DNA of 64,000 nt from NCBI GenBank assembly GCA_964578865.1, contig CAZOES010000007.1, positions 16,169-80,168 of the forward strand, written 5' to 3'. Source of the DNA: an uncultured Gemmatimonadaceae bacterium (GTDB taxonomy: Bacteria; Gemmatimonadota; Gemmatimonadetes; Gemmatimonadales; GWC2-71-9). This document shows, piece by piece, positions 51,335-59,860 of this stretch. Below the pieces are notes generated by a model. That model was not told where the DNA came from, ran no database searches, and saw only the letters and a program-made list of their open reading frames with translations. Numbering within the stretch: the first letter of the stretch is position 1; each line of letters opens with the position of its first letter. Both the position numbers and the translations under genes were made by a program.

Positions 51335-51997
51335 ATGAAATCACCCCATGGGTCAGGCGAGGGCCTCAGCCCCCGACCGCCGATCCGCTTGCTGACGGTA
51401 GACGACCATCCGATCTATCGCGGCGGTCTTGCCGCTCTCATCTCCGCCTATGCTGATCTTCAGCTGGTCGCCGAAGCTGCGAACGGCAAGGAGGCGGTTG
51501 AGCTCTACCGCCAGCTTCGGCCCGATGTGACCCTCATGGACCTCAGCATGCCGGTGATGACCGGGGTAGAGGCGATCGGGGCGATTATTGCCGAGTTTCC
51601 CGATGCCCGGATCATCGCTCTGACTACCTGGGAGGGCGATGCCGACATTCACCGGGCCCTCGAGGCCGGGGCGCGAGGCTATCTGCTCAAGGATGTAGTC
51701 AGCGACGAGGTGGCCGGCGCGATCCGTCAGGTTTACTCGGGAGGCAGGGCGATCCCGACCGAGGTCGCCAAGCGGCTGGCCGAGTTCACCCCTCGGATCG
51801 ATTTGACCGAGCGGGAGCTTGAGGTCCTGAGCTACATGGCCAAGGGCTTGAGCAACAAGCAGATTGGTGCGGTCCTGTCGATCGCCGAAGCCACCATCAA
51901 GGTCCACGTCCTCCACATTCTCCAGAAGCTCGAAGCCGCCGACCGGACTGAGGCGGTAACCATTGGGTTGCAGCGAGGAATCATCCATTTGAGGTAG
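51335..51997 (+). CDS. NarL/LuxR-family response regulator (canonical receiver)
   Basis: IRLLTVDDHPIYR (DD), DVTLMDLSMPVMTG (phospho-Asp), ALTTW (T), YLLKD (K). LuxR HTH LTERELEVLSYMAKGLSNKQIG. The start is ATG 51335, or 51299. Confidence 0.85.
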   Translation: MKSPHGSGEGLSPRPPIRLLTVDDHPIYRGGLAALISAYADLQLVAEAANGKEAVELYRQLRPDVTLMDLSMPVMTGVEAIGAIIAEFPDARIIALTTWEGDADIHRALEAGARGYLLKDVVSDEVAGAIRQVYSGGRAIPTEVAKRLAEFTPRIDLTERELEVLSYMAKGLSNKQIGAVLSIAEATIKVHVLHILQKLEAADRTEAVTIGLQRGIIHLR

Positions 51998-52161
51998 TTC
52001 CCGCCCCGAGTTCCTCCTCTCCGACCGTCTATCCCCCCAGACATACGCCTTTAGATGAAGAGAAAGACCCACTTCCTGATGGATTCGTGAAGCGATCCTC
52101 AGGGGTACGTTAGGTCCGCGGAACCGATCCTTGAACGGGCCATTAAATAGAGGGTACCCCC

Positions 52162-52863
52162 ATGCAGCGCCTTCGCCCCACGGTCTTTGTGGTCGACTCG
52201 GATTCATTCGCACGGGCTACACTGGAATCGGTGATCCGGCAGGCCGACTGGATCCCGGTGATGCTCGAGTCTGCTGCGGATTTTCTGTCTCACCCGCCGG
52301 TGAGTGGTCCCAGCTGCCTTGTGGTAGAGATCGTCGCTTCGGATATCGACGCGTTTGGTCTGGTGGCTCGCATTGGAGCCGACCGCAAACAAGTGCCCTT
52401 CATCGTGATGTCGACCGGGGCCGACATTCCGCTGACGGTCCGGGCAATGAAAGCAGGAGCCAGCGAGTTCCTGCTGAAGCCGCTGGCGAACGAGACCTTG
52501 CTGGCATCGATGAGGAACGCGCTGTCACTGAGTGAGCAGCGGCTCCAGACCGAAGCGGATCTTACCGTTCTCCGGAACCGTTATGCCACGCTCAGCATCC
52601 GGGAACGAGAGGTGATGACCTGGGTGGTCGCCGGTCTGCTGAACAAGCAGGTGGGGGCCGAATTGGGTATCAGCGAAATCACCGTCAAGGCGCACCGGGG
52701 ACGGGCAATGCACAAGATGGGTGCGGACTCTCTGGCAAGCCTGGTGGCGATGGCGCTGCAGCTGCAATTACCGCCAGCCCCTCCCCGGACTCAGTCGCGG
52801 CTGCGCCCTCGACTCAGTTTTCAGGCCGGGGAGGCCAATCAATTGGCCGGGGTGGCGATCTGA
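52162..52863 (+). CDS. FixJ/LuxR-family response regulator with Glu at the phospho-acceptor position
   Basis: VFVVDSD; CLVVEIVASDID, with E where FixJ has D54; IVMSTG; FLLKPL. The LuxR HTH is nearly identical in pattern to that of 45039-45689 (ISEITVKAHRGR). Confidence 0.8.
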   Translation: MQRLRPTVFVVDSDSFARATLESVIRQADWIPVMLESAADFLSHPPVSGPSCLVVEIVASDIDAFGLVARIGADRKQVPFIVMSTGADIPLTVRAMKAGASEFLLKPLANETLLASMRNALSLSEQRLQTEADLTVLRNRYATLSIREREVMTWVVAGLLNKQVGAELGISEITVKAHRGRAMHKMGADSLASLVAMALQLQLPPAPPRTQSRLRPRLSFQAGEANQLAGVAI

Positions 52864-52940
52864 GGTCGAAGATATTCTGACTGGCGTACCGCCGGGCTGG
52901 ACTCCATCCTTGATGTCTTCGTTTCCCTGGACGGGATTCC

Positions 52941-55937
52941 TTGTCTTCGCTGACTCTCCTGGTGTCAGTCCTCATCGGGGTGGCCCCGGCTGACACCGCG
53001 GCTCCGCGCCCCATCAGCCAACTGGTGCATACCCGGTGGACCCCCAAGGAAGGGGGCCCATCGGGTGTTCGTTCCATTGCCCAGACCAGGGATGGATACA
53101 TCTGGATCGGCACCTTCTTCGGTCTGATGCGGTTCGACGGTGTCCGCTTCGTGAAGTACACCCCGCTGAGCGGGGACACCCTCCCGGGGGAAGAGATCAG
53201 TCGACTGCTGGCCACCCAAGATGGAAGCCTCTGGTTTACCGCTGGCGGCGGGGGAGGGGTCGTGACGCGACTCAAAGGCGGGCGGGCGCTCACCTTTGGC
53301 AAGGCCCAAGGGATCTCGGCGGTGCGCAATCTCACCGAGTCGAGTACCGGGGACCTGGTGGCGGCAAGCCTCTACGGGCTCTTCCAGTTTTCCGATGGGA
53401 AGTGGCGCAACGTCAGTGCCGAGTGGGGATACCCCGCGAAGCAGGCCCGGACGGTCTTCTTTGATCGAGATGATGGTCTGTGGGTCATGAGCCAGGATCG
53501 GATATTCTATCGGGCTCCCGGCACTCAGAAGTTTCTCGATCTGGGTCAACGAGTCACCAACGCACCTGAAGGATGTCAATTCGCTGAGGAGAAGGACGGG
53601 ACCATCTGGTTCATGGCGCTGAGCGGGCCGGCCTTCACCCTCAGCAAGCCAGGGGAGAAGCCGTCTCCGGTAACTGAGATACCGCTCAGTCTGGCCGCCA
53701 TTCTTTTCGACCGGCAGGGAAGTCTGTGGGCGGCGACCGGGAACGATGGTTTGCTCCGGGTCCCACGGGTCAACCGAATCCGGGGGCAACGCATTACCGG
53801 GGCGGGACCCGAGGCGGAACGGTTCGCCATGAAAGAAGGACTGTTAACCGATATCCCCCTCGCGTTGATGGAAGACCGGGAAGGCAATATCTGGGTCGGC
53901 GGCCCCACCGGGGTTGAGCGATTCCGGGCCGGAGCCTTCGCAGCGATTTCCCAGGCCGGCCCAGGACGTCCCCGTTATGTCATTGCCGGCCGTGATTCGT
54001 CGGTCTGGTCGTCACCCTATAATCTCGGCACCCTGTACCGGCTGGGGCCTCATTCGCAGGATTCCCTGCAGGCGGGGTTCCATACCTTGATGGTCACCCA
54101 GGACTCATCAGGGCGGACCCTGATTGTCGATCATGGACATCGAATGATCAGCATCGAAGGAAAGCGCTTGGTACCGGTTAGGCTCCGCCCGGGTACCGCG
54201 CGTGGACTGCTCAATGTGGCCTTCGATCACAATGGCGGCGTCTGGGTGTTCAGCAGTGAGCTGGGCCTGCTGCGACAGCAAGGCGATAGTCTGGCGTTGT
54301 TCGATCGGCTGGAAGATCCCTACCACCACGGCTCGCTGTTCGCCGACCGCCAAGGTCGGATCTGGGTGGGCCAGGCCAATCGGGTGTCGCTCGTCGCCGA
54401 TGGGAAAGTCACCAGGTTCGAGGCCAATGAGGGGATCGGCGGATTCGTCTACGGGTTCTTCGAGGACCGGAACGGAACCATCTGGGCCGGTACCGGGGAC
54501 GGTCTGAGTCAGTTCACCGGCGAGCGATTCCGAACCTTGACCAGCAGGCAGGGGATCCCGGGATCGAACGTCTACGGCATGGCACAGGATGACGCCGGCG
54601 CCTGGTGGCTGGCGACGCTGCCCGGTATCCTGCGATTCCCTCCCGGTGAGATCGAGCACGTTCTGGCCGATTCGACCTACACTCCACGGTACCGCTCCTT
54701 CGACGAAACCGACGGGATGGTTGGGGCCCTGGTCAAAGGCTATTGGGGCTCGGTGCTGACCAAGTCCGGCGACGGCCGCATCTGGGTCGCGACCGACAGC
54801 GGCCTCGCGGTGATCGATCCAGCCCATCTGCCCGACGCGGCTCCTCCGCCGGTCAGCCTCGAGGTGGCCCGGGTACAGGGCCATGACATGGCGATCTCCG
54901 AGGGAAACTCCTTGGCACCCCGCACCAGCGATCTGGAGATCGACTATACCTCGCTGACTTTCTCGACTCCCGAGCGGGTCCGGTTTCGCTATCGTCTTGA
55001 GGGAGCCGACTCTACCTGGCGGGAAGTCGGAACTCGCCGCCGGGCATACTATACCGGATTGGCGCCCGGCACCTATCGCTTTGAGGTGACGGCGAGCTTC
55101 GAAGACGGGACCTGGAACCCGGCTGCCGCATCCTGGACTTTCAGGGTGCTCCCGGCCTGGTATCAGACGCTCTGGTTTCGAGCTCTGATGGTGCTCCTCA
55201 TCAGTGGGCTTGGGGGTGCGGGAGTGGCGCTGGTTCAGCGACGCCGCCACCAGGCGGAGCAGCGGGCGCTCAAAGAGAGATACGAGGCGACCCTCGTGGA
55301 ACGAGCCCGGATCGCCCAGGACCTGCACGACACGCTGCTGCAGGGTTTTGCCGGGGTCACCCTGCAGCTGAAGGCGATTGAGCTGGCACTGCCGGAGCAA
55401 CCGGATGTGGCGGCGGAGACCGTGTTACGGGCCCAGCGCCTGGCCAAGGCCTCGTTGCGGGAGGCTCGCGATCGAGTGTGGGAAATGAAAGCGACTAACC
55501 CGGAGGCCGACGATCTGGCCGCCGCACTCGAATCGGTTGCTCGTGACCGGACGGCGGGAACCGGAGTCACCGTCAGCATGCTGACTAGAGGCGAGCGCCG
55601 ACGGCTGAATCATGCGCTGGAAGATGCCGCCTTCCGGATTGGTCGTGAGGCGATTGTCAACGCGGTTCGCCACGCCGAGGCAACCCGGATCGACCTCCAG
55701 GTAGAGTTCGGCAAGGAGACTCTCACAGTCCATGTGCGTGACAACGGCCGCGGCTTTACGCCCATGGAGGGGGAAGCGGCCAAGCGGAACGGTCATTTCG
55801 GACTGAGTGGCGTCCGGGAGCGCGCCTCCCATCTGGGCGGGCGGTGCGAGGTCATTTCCTCTCCCCATCAGGGGACTCTGGTTGCGCTCGAGTTACCCTT
55901 GGTTGTACCAACTGCCCCCACCGATACGTTTGTATAA
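52941..55937 (+). CDS. Sensor histidine kinase with two-component-regulator-propeller repeats, Y_Y_Y domain, TM, HisKA_3 and HATPase
   Basis: Repeated G..W.GT/DG.LW blocks (DGYIWIGTFFGLMRFDG, GNIWVGGPTGVERF, GTIWAGTGDGLSQF). A single TM segment lies at about aa 745. H-box ERARIAQDLHDTLLQ. HATPase NAVRHA, DNGRGF. The start is TTG. Confidence 0.85.
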   Translation: MSSLTLLVSVLIGVAPADTAAPRPISQLVHTRWTPKEGGPSGVRSIAQTRDGYIWIGTFFGLMRFDGVRFVKYTPLSGDTLPGEEISRLLATQDGSLWFTAGGGGGVVTRLKGGRALTFGKAQGISAVRNLTESSTGDLVAASLYGLFQFSDGKWRNVSAEWGYPAKQARTVFFDRDDGLWVMSQDRIFYRAPGTQKFLDLGQRVTNAPEGCQFAEEKDGTIWFMALSGPAFTLSKPGEKPSPVTEIPLSLAAILFDRQGSLWAATGNDGLLRVPRVNRIRGQRITGAGPEAERFAMKEGLLTDIPLALMEDREGNIWVGGPTGVERFRAGAFAAISQAGPGRPRYVIAGRDSSVWSSPYNLGTLYRLGPHSQDSLQAGFHTLMVTQDSSGRTLIVDHGHRMISIEGKRLVPVRLRPGTARGLLNVAFDHNGGVWVFSSELGLLRQQGDSLALFDRLEDPYHHGSLFADRQGRIWVGQANRVSLVADGKVTRFEANEGIGGFVYGFFEDRNGTIWAGTGDGLSQFTGERFRTLTSRQGIPGSNVYGMAQDDAGAWWLATLPGILRFPPGEIEHVLADSTYTPRYRSFDETDGMVGALVKGYWGSVLTKSGDGRIWVATDSGLAVIDPAHLPDAAPPPVSLEVARVQGHDMAISEGNSLAPRTSDLEIDYTSLTFSTPERVRFRYRLEGADSTWREVGTRRRAYYTGLAPGTYRFEVTASFEDGTWNPAAASWTFRVLPAWYQTLWFRALMVLLISGLGGAGVALVQRRRHQAEQRALKERYEATLVERARIAQDLHDTLLQGFAGVTLQLKAIELALPEQPDVAAETVLRAQRLAKASLREARDRVWEMKATNPEADDLAAALESVARDRTAGTGVTVSMLTRGERRRLNHALEDAAFRIGREAIVNAVRHAEATRIDLQVEFGKETLTVHVRDNGRGFTPMEGEAAKRNGHFGLSGVRERASHLGGRCEVISSPHQGTLVALELPLVVPTAPTDTFV

Positions 55938-56005
55938 GTGCCTCCTCCGCGGTTTTGCTGAAATTTCCTCCACCTGCATCGTTGCTTCCATCGTGGAGGT
56001 TCTTT

Positions 56006-56782
56006 ATGAAAATCGTAGTCATCGGCGGGACCGGGCTGATCGGCTCCAAGGTCGTCGCCAGGTTGCGCGAGCATGGCCATGAGGCTGTGCCGGCCTCACC
56101 CAACAGCGGGGTCAACACCCTGACCGGTGAGGGTCTCGCTCCGGTACTCAGCGACGCCAAGGTGGTGGTCGACGTTTCGAACTCGCCGTCTTTCGAAGAC
56201 GCCTTTGTGCTCAACTTCTTCGAAACCGCCACTCGTAATATCAGCGCCGCGGCCAGGGCGGCCGGCGTGGGTCACTACGTCGCGCTGTCGGTGGTGGGGA
56301 GCGAACGGCTCACCCGGAGCGGCTACATCCGGGCCAAGCTGGCCCAGGAGAAGCTGATCAAGGAGTCGGGGATCCCCTGGTCGATCGTCCATGCCACCCA
56401 GTTTTTCGAGTTCGTGCCCCGGATTGCCGACGAACTGACCGCCGGCACCGAGGTCCGGGTTCCACCGGTGCTGTTCCAGCCGATTGGGTCCGACGATGTG
56501 GCCAAGGCGGTTGCCCGCACGGCCGAGGGGCAGCCGCTCAACCGGCGGATCGAAATCGGCGGGCCGCAGCAGTTCCGCTTTGACGAGGTCATCCGCCGGA
56601 CCCTGACGGCTCGGAAGGATCCCCGGGTCGTCATCACCGACCCGATGGCCGGCTACTTCGGTGCCGTCCTGGATGAGGACTCGCTGGTTCCGGGGGCGGG
56701 GGCTCAGCTGGGCGAGACGACCCTCGAGATGTACCTCATGCAGAAGACTGCCGCCCCCCAGCCGGTGTCGGCCGGGCGGTAA
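56006..56782 (+). CDS. NAD(P)H-binding NmrA-like / atypical SDR protein
   Basis: MKIVVIGGTGLIGSKVV Rossmann motif, with a GGAGG-like RBS upstream. Confidence 0.8.
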   Translation: MKIVVIGGTGLIGSKVVARLREHGHEAVPASPNSGVNTLTGEGLAPVLSDAKVVVDVSNSPSFEDAFVLNFFETATRNISAAARAAGVGHYVALSVVGSERLTRSGYIRAKLAQEKLIKESGIPWSIVHATQFFEFVPRIADELTAGTEVRVPPVLFQPIGSDDVAKAVARTAEGQPLNRRIEIGGPQQFRFDEVIRRTLTARKDPRVVITDPMAGYFGAVLDEDSLVPGAGAQLGETTLEMYLMQKTAAPQPVSAGR

Positions 56783-56848
56783 GACCAGGCAAGGAGCCAC
56801 CGGGGCTGCCCTGTGGATGCAGCTCCGGTCACCCCAAAGGAGACTACC

Positions 56849-57253
56849 ATGATGACCGCCAGCCTATGGAGACCCGAGTTCCTGTTCGGTTTGCTCTGCC
56901 TGATTGGTGTGCCGAGGGAGATTCGGGAACCGGAGGTCACGCCGCTGATGACCAGGGACATTGCCGGCGCTCCCGGAAAGGAAGCGCTGATGCTCACGGT
57001 GGTGTATCCGCCCGGTGCGGTGGAGACGGCACATCGCCACAACGCCCAGGCCTTTCTCTACATGATCGAGGGATCGGTCGTGATGCAGGTGAAGGGACAG
57101 GCGCCGGTGACGCTCAAACCGGGTGACACCTTCTACGAGGGCAAGGACGATATTCACGTGGTGGGGCGCAATGCCAGTCAGACCAGCCCCGCCAGGTTCG
57201 TGGTTGTTCTGGTGAAAGAGAAGGGCGCAGCGCCGGTACTTCCGGTGCAATGA
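56849..57253 (+). CDS. Cupin domain protein (signal peptide)
   Basis: Cupin_2 pattern PPGAVETAHRHNAQAFLYMIEGSVVMQVKGQAPVTLKPGDTFYE. AAGGAG RBS before ATG 56849. Confidence 0.7.
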   Translation: MMTASLWRPEFLFGLLCLIGVPREIREPEVTPLMTRDIAGAPGKEALMLTVVYPPGAVETAHRHNAQAFLYMIEGSVVMQVKGQAPVTLKPGDTFYEGKDDIHVVGRNASQTSPARFVVVLVKEKGAAPVLPVQ

Positions 57254-57298
57254 AGAGAGGGCCGGGAGCTCGCCTGATCCCGATCCCGCGAGGAGTCC

Positions 57299-57883
57299 AT
57301 GGACACGAAGCGACTGGAGTTCTTCAGTGACGCGGTGCTGGCCATCATCCTGACGATCATGGTCCTCGATCTCAAGGTCCCTCACGGAGCGACGGCGGAT
57401 GACTTGCGACCATTACTGCCGGTGTTTCTGAGCTATGTACTGGGCTTCATCTATATCGGGATCTACTGGAACAACCATCACTTTCTGCTGCATTTCTGCG
57501 CTCAGCCGACCGGAGCGGTGCAGTGGGCCAACCTGCACCTGCTCTTCTGGCTCTCCCTGCTTCCCTTCGTGACCGGCTGGATGGGCGAGAATCACTTCGC
57601 GATGCTGCCGACGGCGTTGTATGGGCTGGTCCTCTTCGCGGCGGGAGTGGCCTATCTCATTCTCCAGGAAGCGATCATCCGAACCCCGGGTTCACGGCTT
57701 GGAGAGGTGCTCGCGGTCGACTGGAAAGGGCGATTGTCTCCCATCGTCTATCTGATCGGCGTCGGGGCCACCTTCGTCGCGGCGGGGCTGGGTCAACTCG
57801 CTTATGTCATCGTGGCCGCGATCTGGATTGTGCCCGACCGGAGGTTGGTGCGGGGGTTGGGCTCGGAGGCGTCTCGCGGGTAA
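57299..57883 (+). CDS. TMEM175 / DUF1211 family potassium channel-like protein
   Basis: Signature RLEFFSDAVLAIILTIMVLDL at the N-terminus, with 6 TM segments. Confidence 0.75.
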   Translation: MDTKRLEFFSDAVLAIILTIMVLDLKVPHGATADDLRPLLPVFLSYVLGFIYIGIYWNNHHFLLHFCAQPTGAVQWANLHLLFWLSLLPFVTGWMGENHFAMLPTALYGLVLFAAGVAYLILQEAIIRTPGSRLGEVLAVDWKGRLSPIVYLIGVGATFVAAGLGQLAYVIVAAIWIVPDRRLVRGLGSEASRG

Positions 57884-57926
57884 CTCGCGAAACGAGGACA
57901 AAAGTTGTCGCTGAATCTTTTTTGCT

Positions 57927-59228
57927 CTATTGCACTCCAGGAGCTGTCCGGCGCCCGAACCCCGGCTCCACCCTGATCAACGCCGCCGCAGCGAACGAAG
58001 GCAACGTGGCCAGGCAGCACCAGATGAAGAAGTTCACGTAGCCCAGCTGGTCCTGCAGCCAGCCGGCCCACATGCCGGGCAACATCATACCGAGTGCCAT
58101 GAAGCCAGTGCACAAGGCGTAGTGGGCCGTCTTGTGCACGCTCTTACCGTCGGCGCCACTGGCCACCATCAGCATGTACACCAGGTAGGCGGTGAAGCCA
58201 AACCCATAGCCGAACTGTTCCAGCGCGATCGCCCCGCTGACAATCGGAAGACCAGAGGGTTGCCACATCGCCAGCGCCACGAACACCAGGTTGGGGAGGT
58301 GCATGCAGAGCATCAGTGGCCAAAGAGTCCTGCGAAGACCGACCCGGGAAATGACCCACCCGCCCAGGAGACCGCCCACCACCAGCGCACTGACTCCCAC
58401 CGTCCCGTAGGCGATGCCGACATCGGCGGTCTTGAGCTCCAGTCCGCCGGCGCTCCGCGGATCCAGCATGAACGGCGTCACCAGCTTGAGCAGTTGCGCC
58501 TCGGCGAAGCGATAGAGCAGCAGGAAGGCGAGAATCCGCCCGATCCCCTCTTTGCGGAAGAAGGCTGCGAACACTTCTCCAAACCCGGCCCAGAAATCGC
58601 GCCCCGGCTCTGCCGGCCGGTCGCTTTCCGGTTTCGGCAACGCCAACAGGTGATAGACCGCGGCACCAACGAAGAAGATGCTGGCGGTGGTGAAAACCGA
58701 GGCCCAGGCGGTCACCACATTTCCGGTGCGTTCCTGCAGATGACCTGCGAGATAGACCAACCCGCCTTGTCCCGCGATCATGGCGAGGCGGTAGAAAGTG
58801 CTCCGCACCCCTACGAAAGCCGACTGGGTGCTGGACGGTAGGGCCAGCAGGTAAAACCCGTCCGCGGCGATATCGTGGGTGGCCGAAGCAAAGGCCATCA
58901 GCCAGAAGACAGCCAGGGTCAACTGGAAGAAATGCGGCGCCGGCAGTGTCAGCGCCACCAGCGAGAGCGCCGCACCCAGGGTGAACTGCATCACCACCAC
59001 CCAGCGTCGCTTGGTGCCGATCAGGTCGACGATGGGACTCCAGAGCGGCTTGATTACCCAGGGCAGGTACAGCCAGCTGGTGTAGAGCGCGATGTCGGTA
59101 TTGGAGATGCCGAGGTTCTTGTAGAGAACCACGGCGAGGGTCATGACCGTGACGTAGGGGAGCCCCTCGGCGAAGTACAGCGAAGGCACCCAGCTCCACG
59201 GTGAAGCCGAGGGGTTACGCCGGTTCAT
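57927..59228 (-). CDS. ampG: MFS transporter, AmpG (muropeptide permease) family
   Basis: WSWVPSLYFAEGLPYVTVMTLAVVLYKNLGISNTDIALYTSWLYLPWVIKPLWSPIVD, typical of the AmpG N-terminus. 12+ TM segments. Confidence 0.8.
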   Translation of the reverse strand: MNRRNPSASPWSWVPSLYFAEGLPYVTVMTLAVVLYKNLGISNTDIALYTSWLYLPWVIKPLWSPIVDLIGTKRRWVVVMQFTLGAALSLVALTLPAPHFFQLTLAVFWLMAFASATHDIAADGFYLLALPSSTQSAFVGVRSTFYRLAMIAGQGGLVYLAGHLQERTGNVVTAWASVFTTASIFFVGAAVYHLLALPKPESDRPAEPGRDFWAGFGEVFAAFFRKEGIGRILAFLLLYRFAEAQLLKLVTPFMLDPRSAGGLELKTADVGIAYGTVGVSALVVGGLLGGWVISRVGLRRTLWPLMLCMHLPNLVFVALAMWQPSGLPIVSGAIALEQFGYGFGFTAYLVYMLMVASGADGKSVHKTAHYALCTGFMALGMMLPGMWAGWLQDQLGYVNFFIWCCLATLPSFAAAALIRVEPGFGRRTAPGVQ

Positions 59229-59649
59229 CTGGAACAGGATGAAAGGATTGCAAGGATGCTGAACTGTTTGGGCGGGTCAAGCGGCGATACTCGAGTTTGG
59301 TTGCTCCAAAGTTAAGCAGGAGCCCTCGATCCATCGTACTGGCCTTGAGGTAGTTGATAACCTGGGCAACATGGACCTTCGTCACAGACTCAACCGCCTT
59401 GAGTTCAACCACAATCTCATTGAAGCAGATCAGGTCGGATCGGAAACTGACTGGAAGAAACTCTCCCTTATACCGAACCGCAATCGAAACGTTGGTGACA
59501 ACTGGTATGCGATGGCCGGTAAGCTCTCGCAGCAAAGCCGCGTGGTACACCGACTCGAGAAATCCGCAGCCCAGTTCGCGATGCACTTCCATCGCCACGC
59601 CGATGATCGAGTAGGTCTGCGGGTCCTTGAGGATGTTGGACTGCGTCAT
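59215..59649 (-). CDS. GxxExxY protein (PD-(D/E)XK-like small protein family)
   Basis: Eponymous motif GFLESVY. The family-typical end ...LLLNFGATKLEYRRL is followed by an about 20-aa read-through tail into a repeat. G+C is visibly lower than in neighbouring genes. Confidence 0.8.
   Translation of the reverse strand: MTQSNILKDPQTYSIIGVAMEVHRELGCGFLESVYHAALLRELTGHRIPVVTNVSIAVRYKGEFLPVSFRSDLICFNEIVVELKAVESVTKVHVAQVINYLKASTMDRGLLLNFGATKLEYRRLTRPNSSASLQSFHPVPDEPA
59233..59258 (+). repeat. Repeat copy 1: AACAGGATGAAAGGATTGCAAGGATG
   Basis: Read directly. It lies in the 3' tail of the GxxExxY ORF, 5 nt upstream of the ampG ATG. Confidence 0.7.
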
Positions 59650-59719
59650 CCCCCATAGTGGGACCTACCGATGAAAAGAGCATCAACAATTCCAATTGCG
59701 TCTTACCATTTAAACGCAT

Positions 59720-59777
59720 CATCCTTCAATCGTTTCATCCTGTTAGTGAAAAAACAGGATGAAAGGATGCAAGGATG
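59720..59777. repeat. Inverted pair of the same repeat (59720-59744 inverted, 59753-59777 direct), forming an imperfect 25-bp-stem hairpin
   Basis: The + strand reads CATCCTTCAATCGTTTCATCCTGTT agtgaaaa AACAGGATGAAAGGATGCAAGGATG. I count 22 of 25 positions pairing. Confidence 0.7.
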
Positions 59778-59815
59778 TGGTTTTTGTTTCGCAGGTAATA
59801 GATCGTTGAGCGGTA

Positions 59816-59839
59816 ATCCTTAGATCCTTCCATCCTGTT
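59816..59839 (-). repeat. Repeat copy 4 (inverted, degenerate): reverse complement AACAGGATGGAAGGATCTAAGGAT
   Basis: Read directly. Further ATCCTT/ATCCGATCCTT sub-repeats follow up to about 59850. Confidence 0.6.
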
Positions 59840-59860
59840 TATCCGATCCTTCTATCTGGT

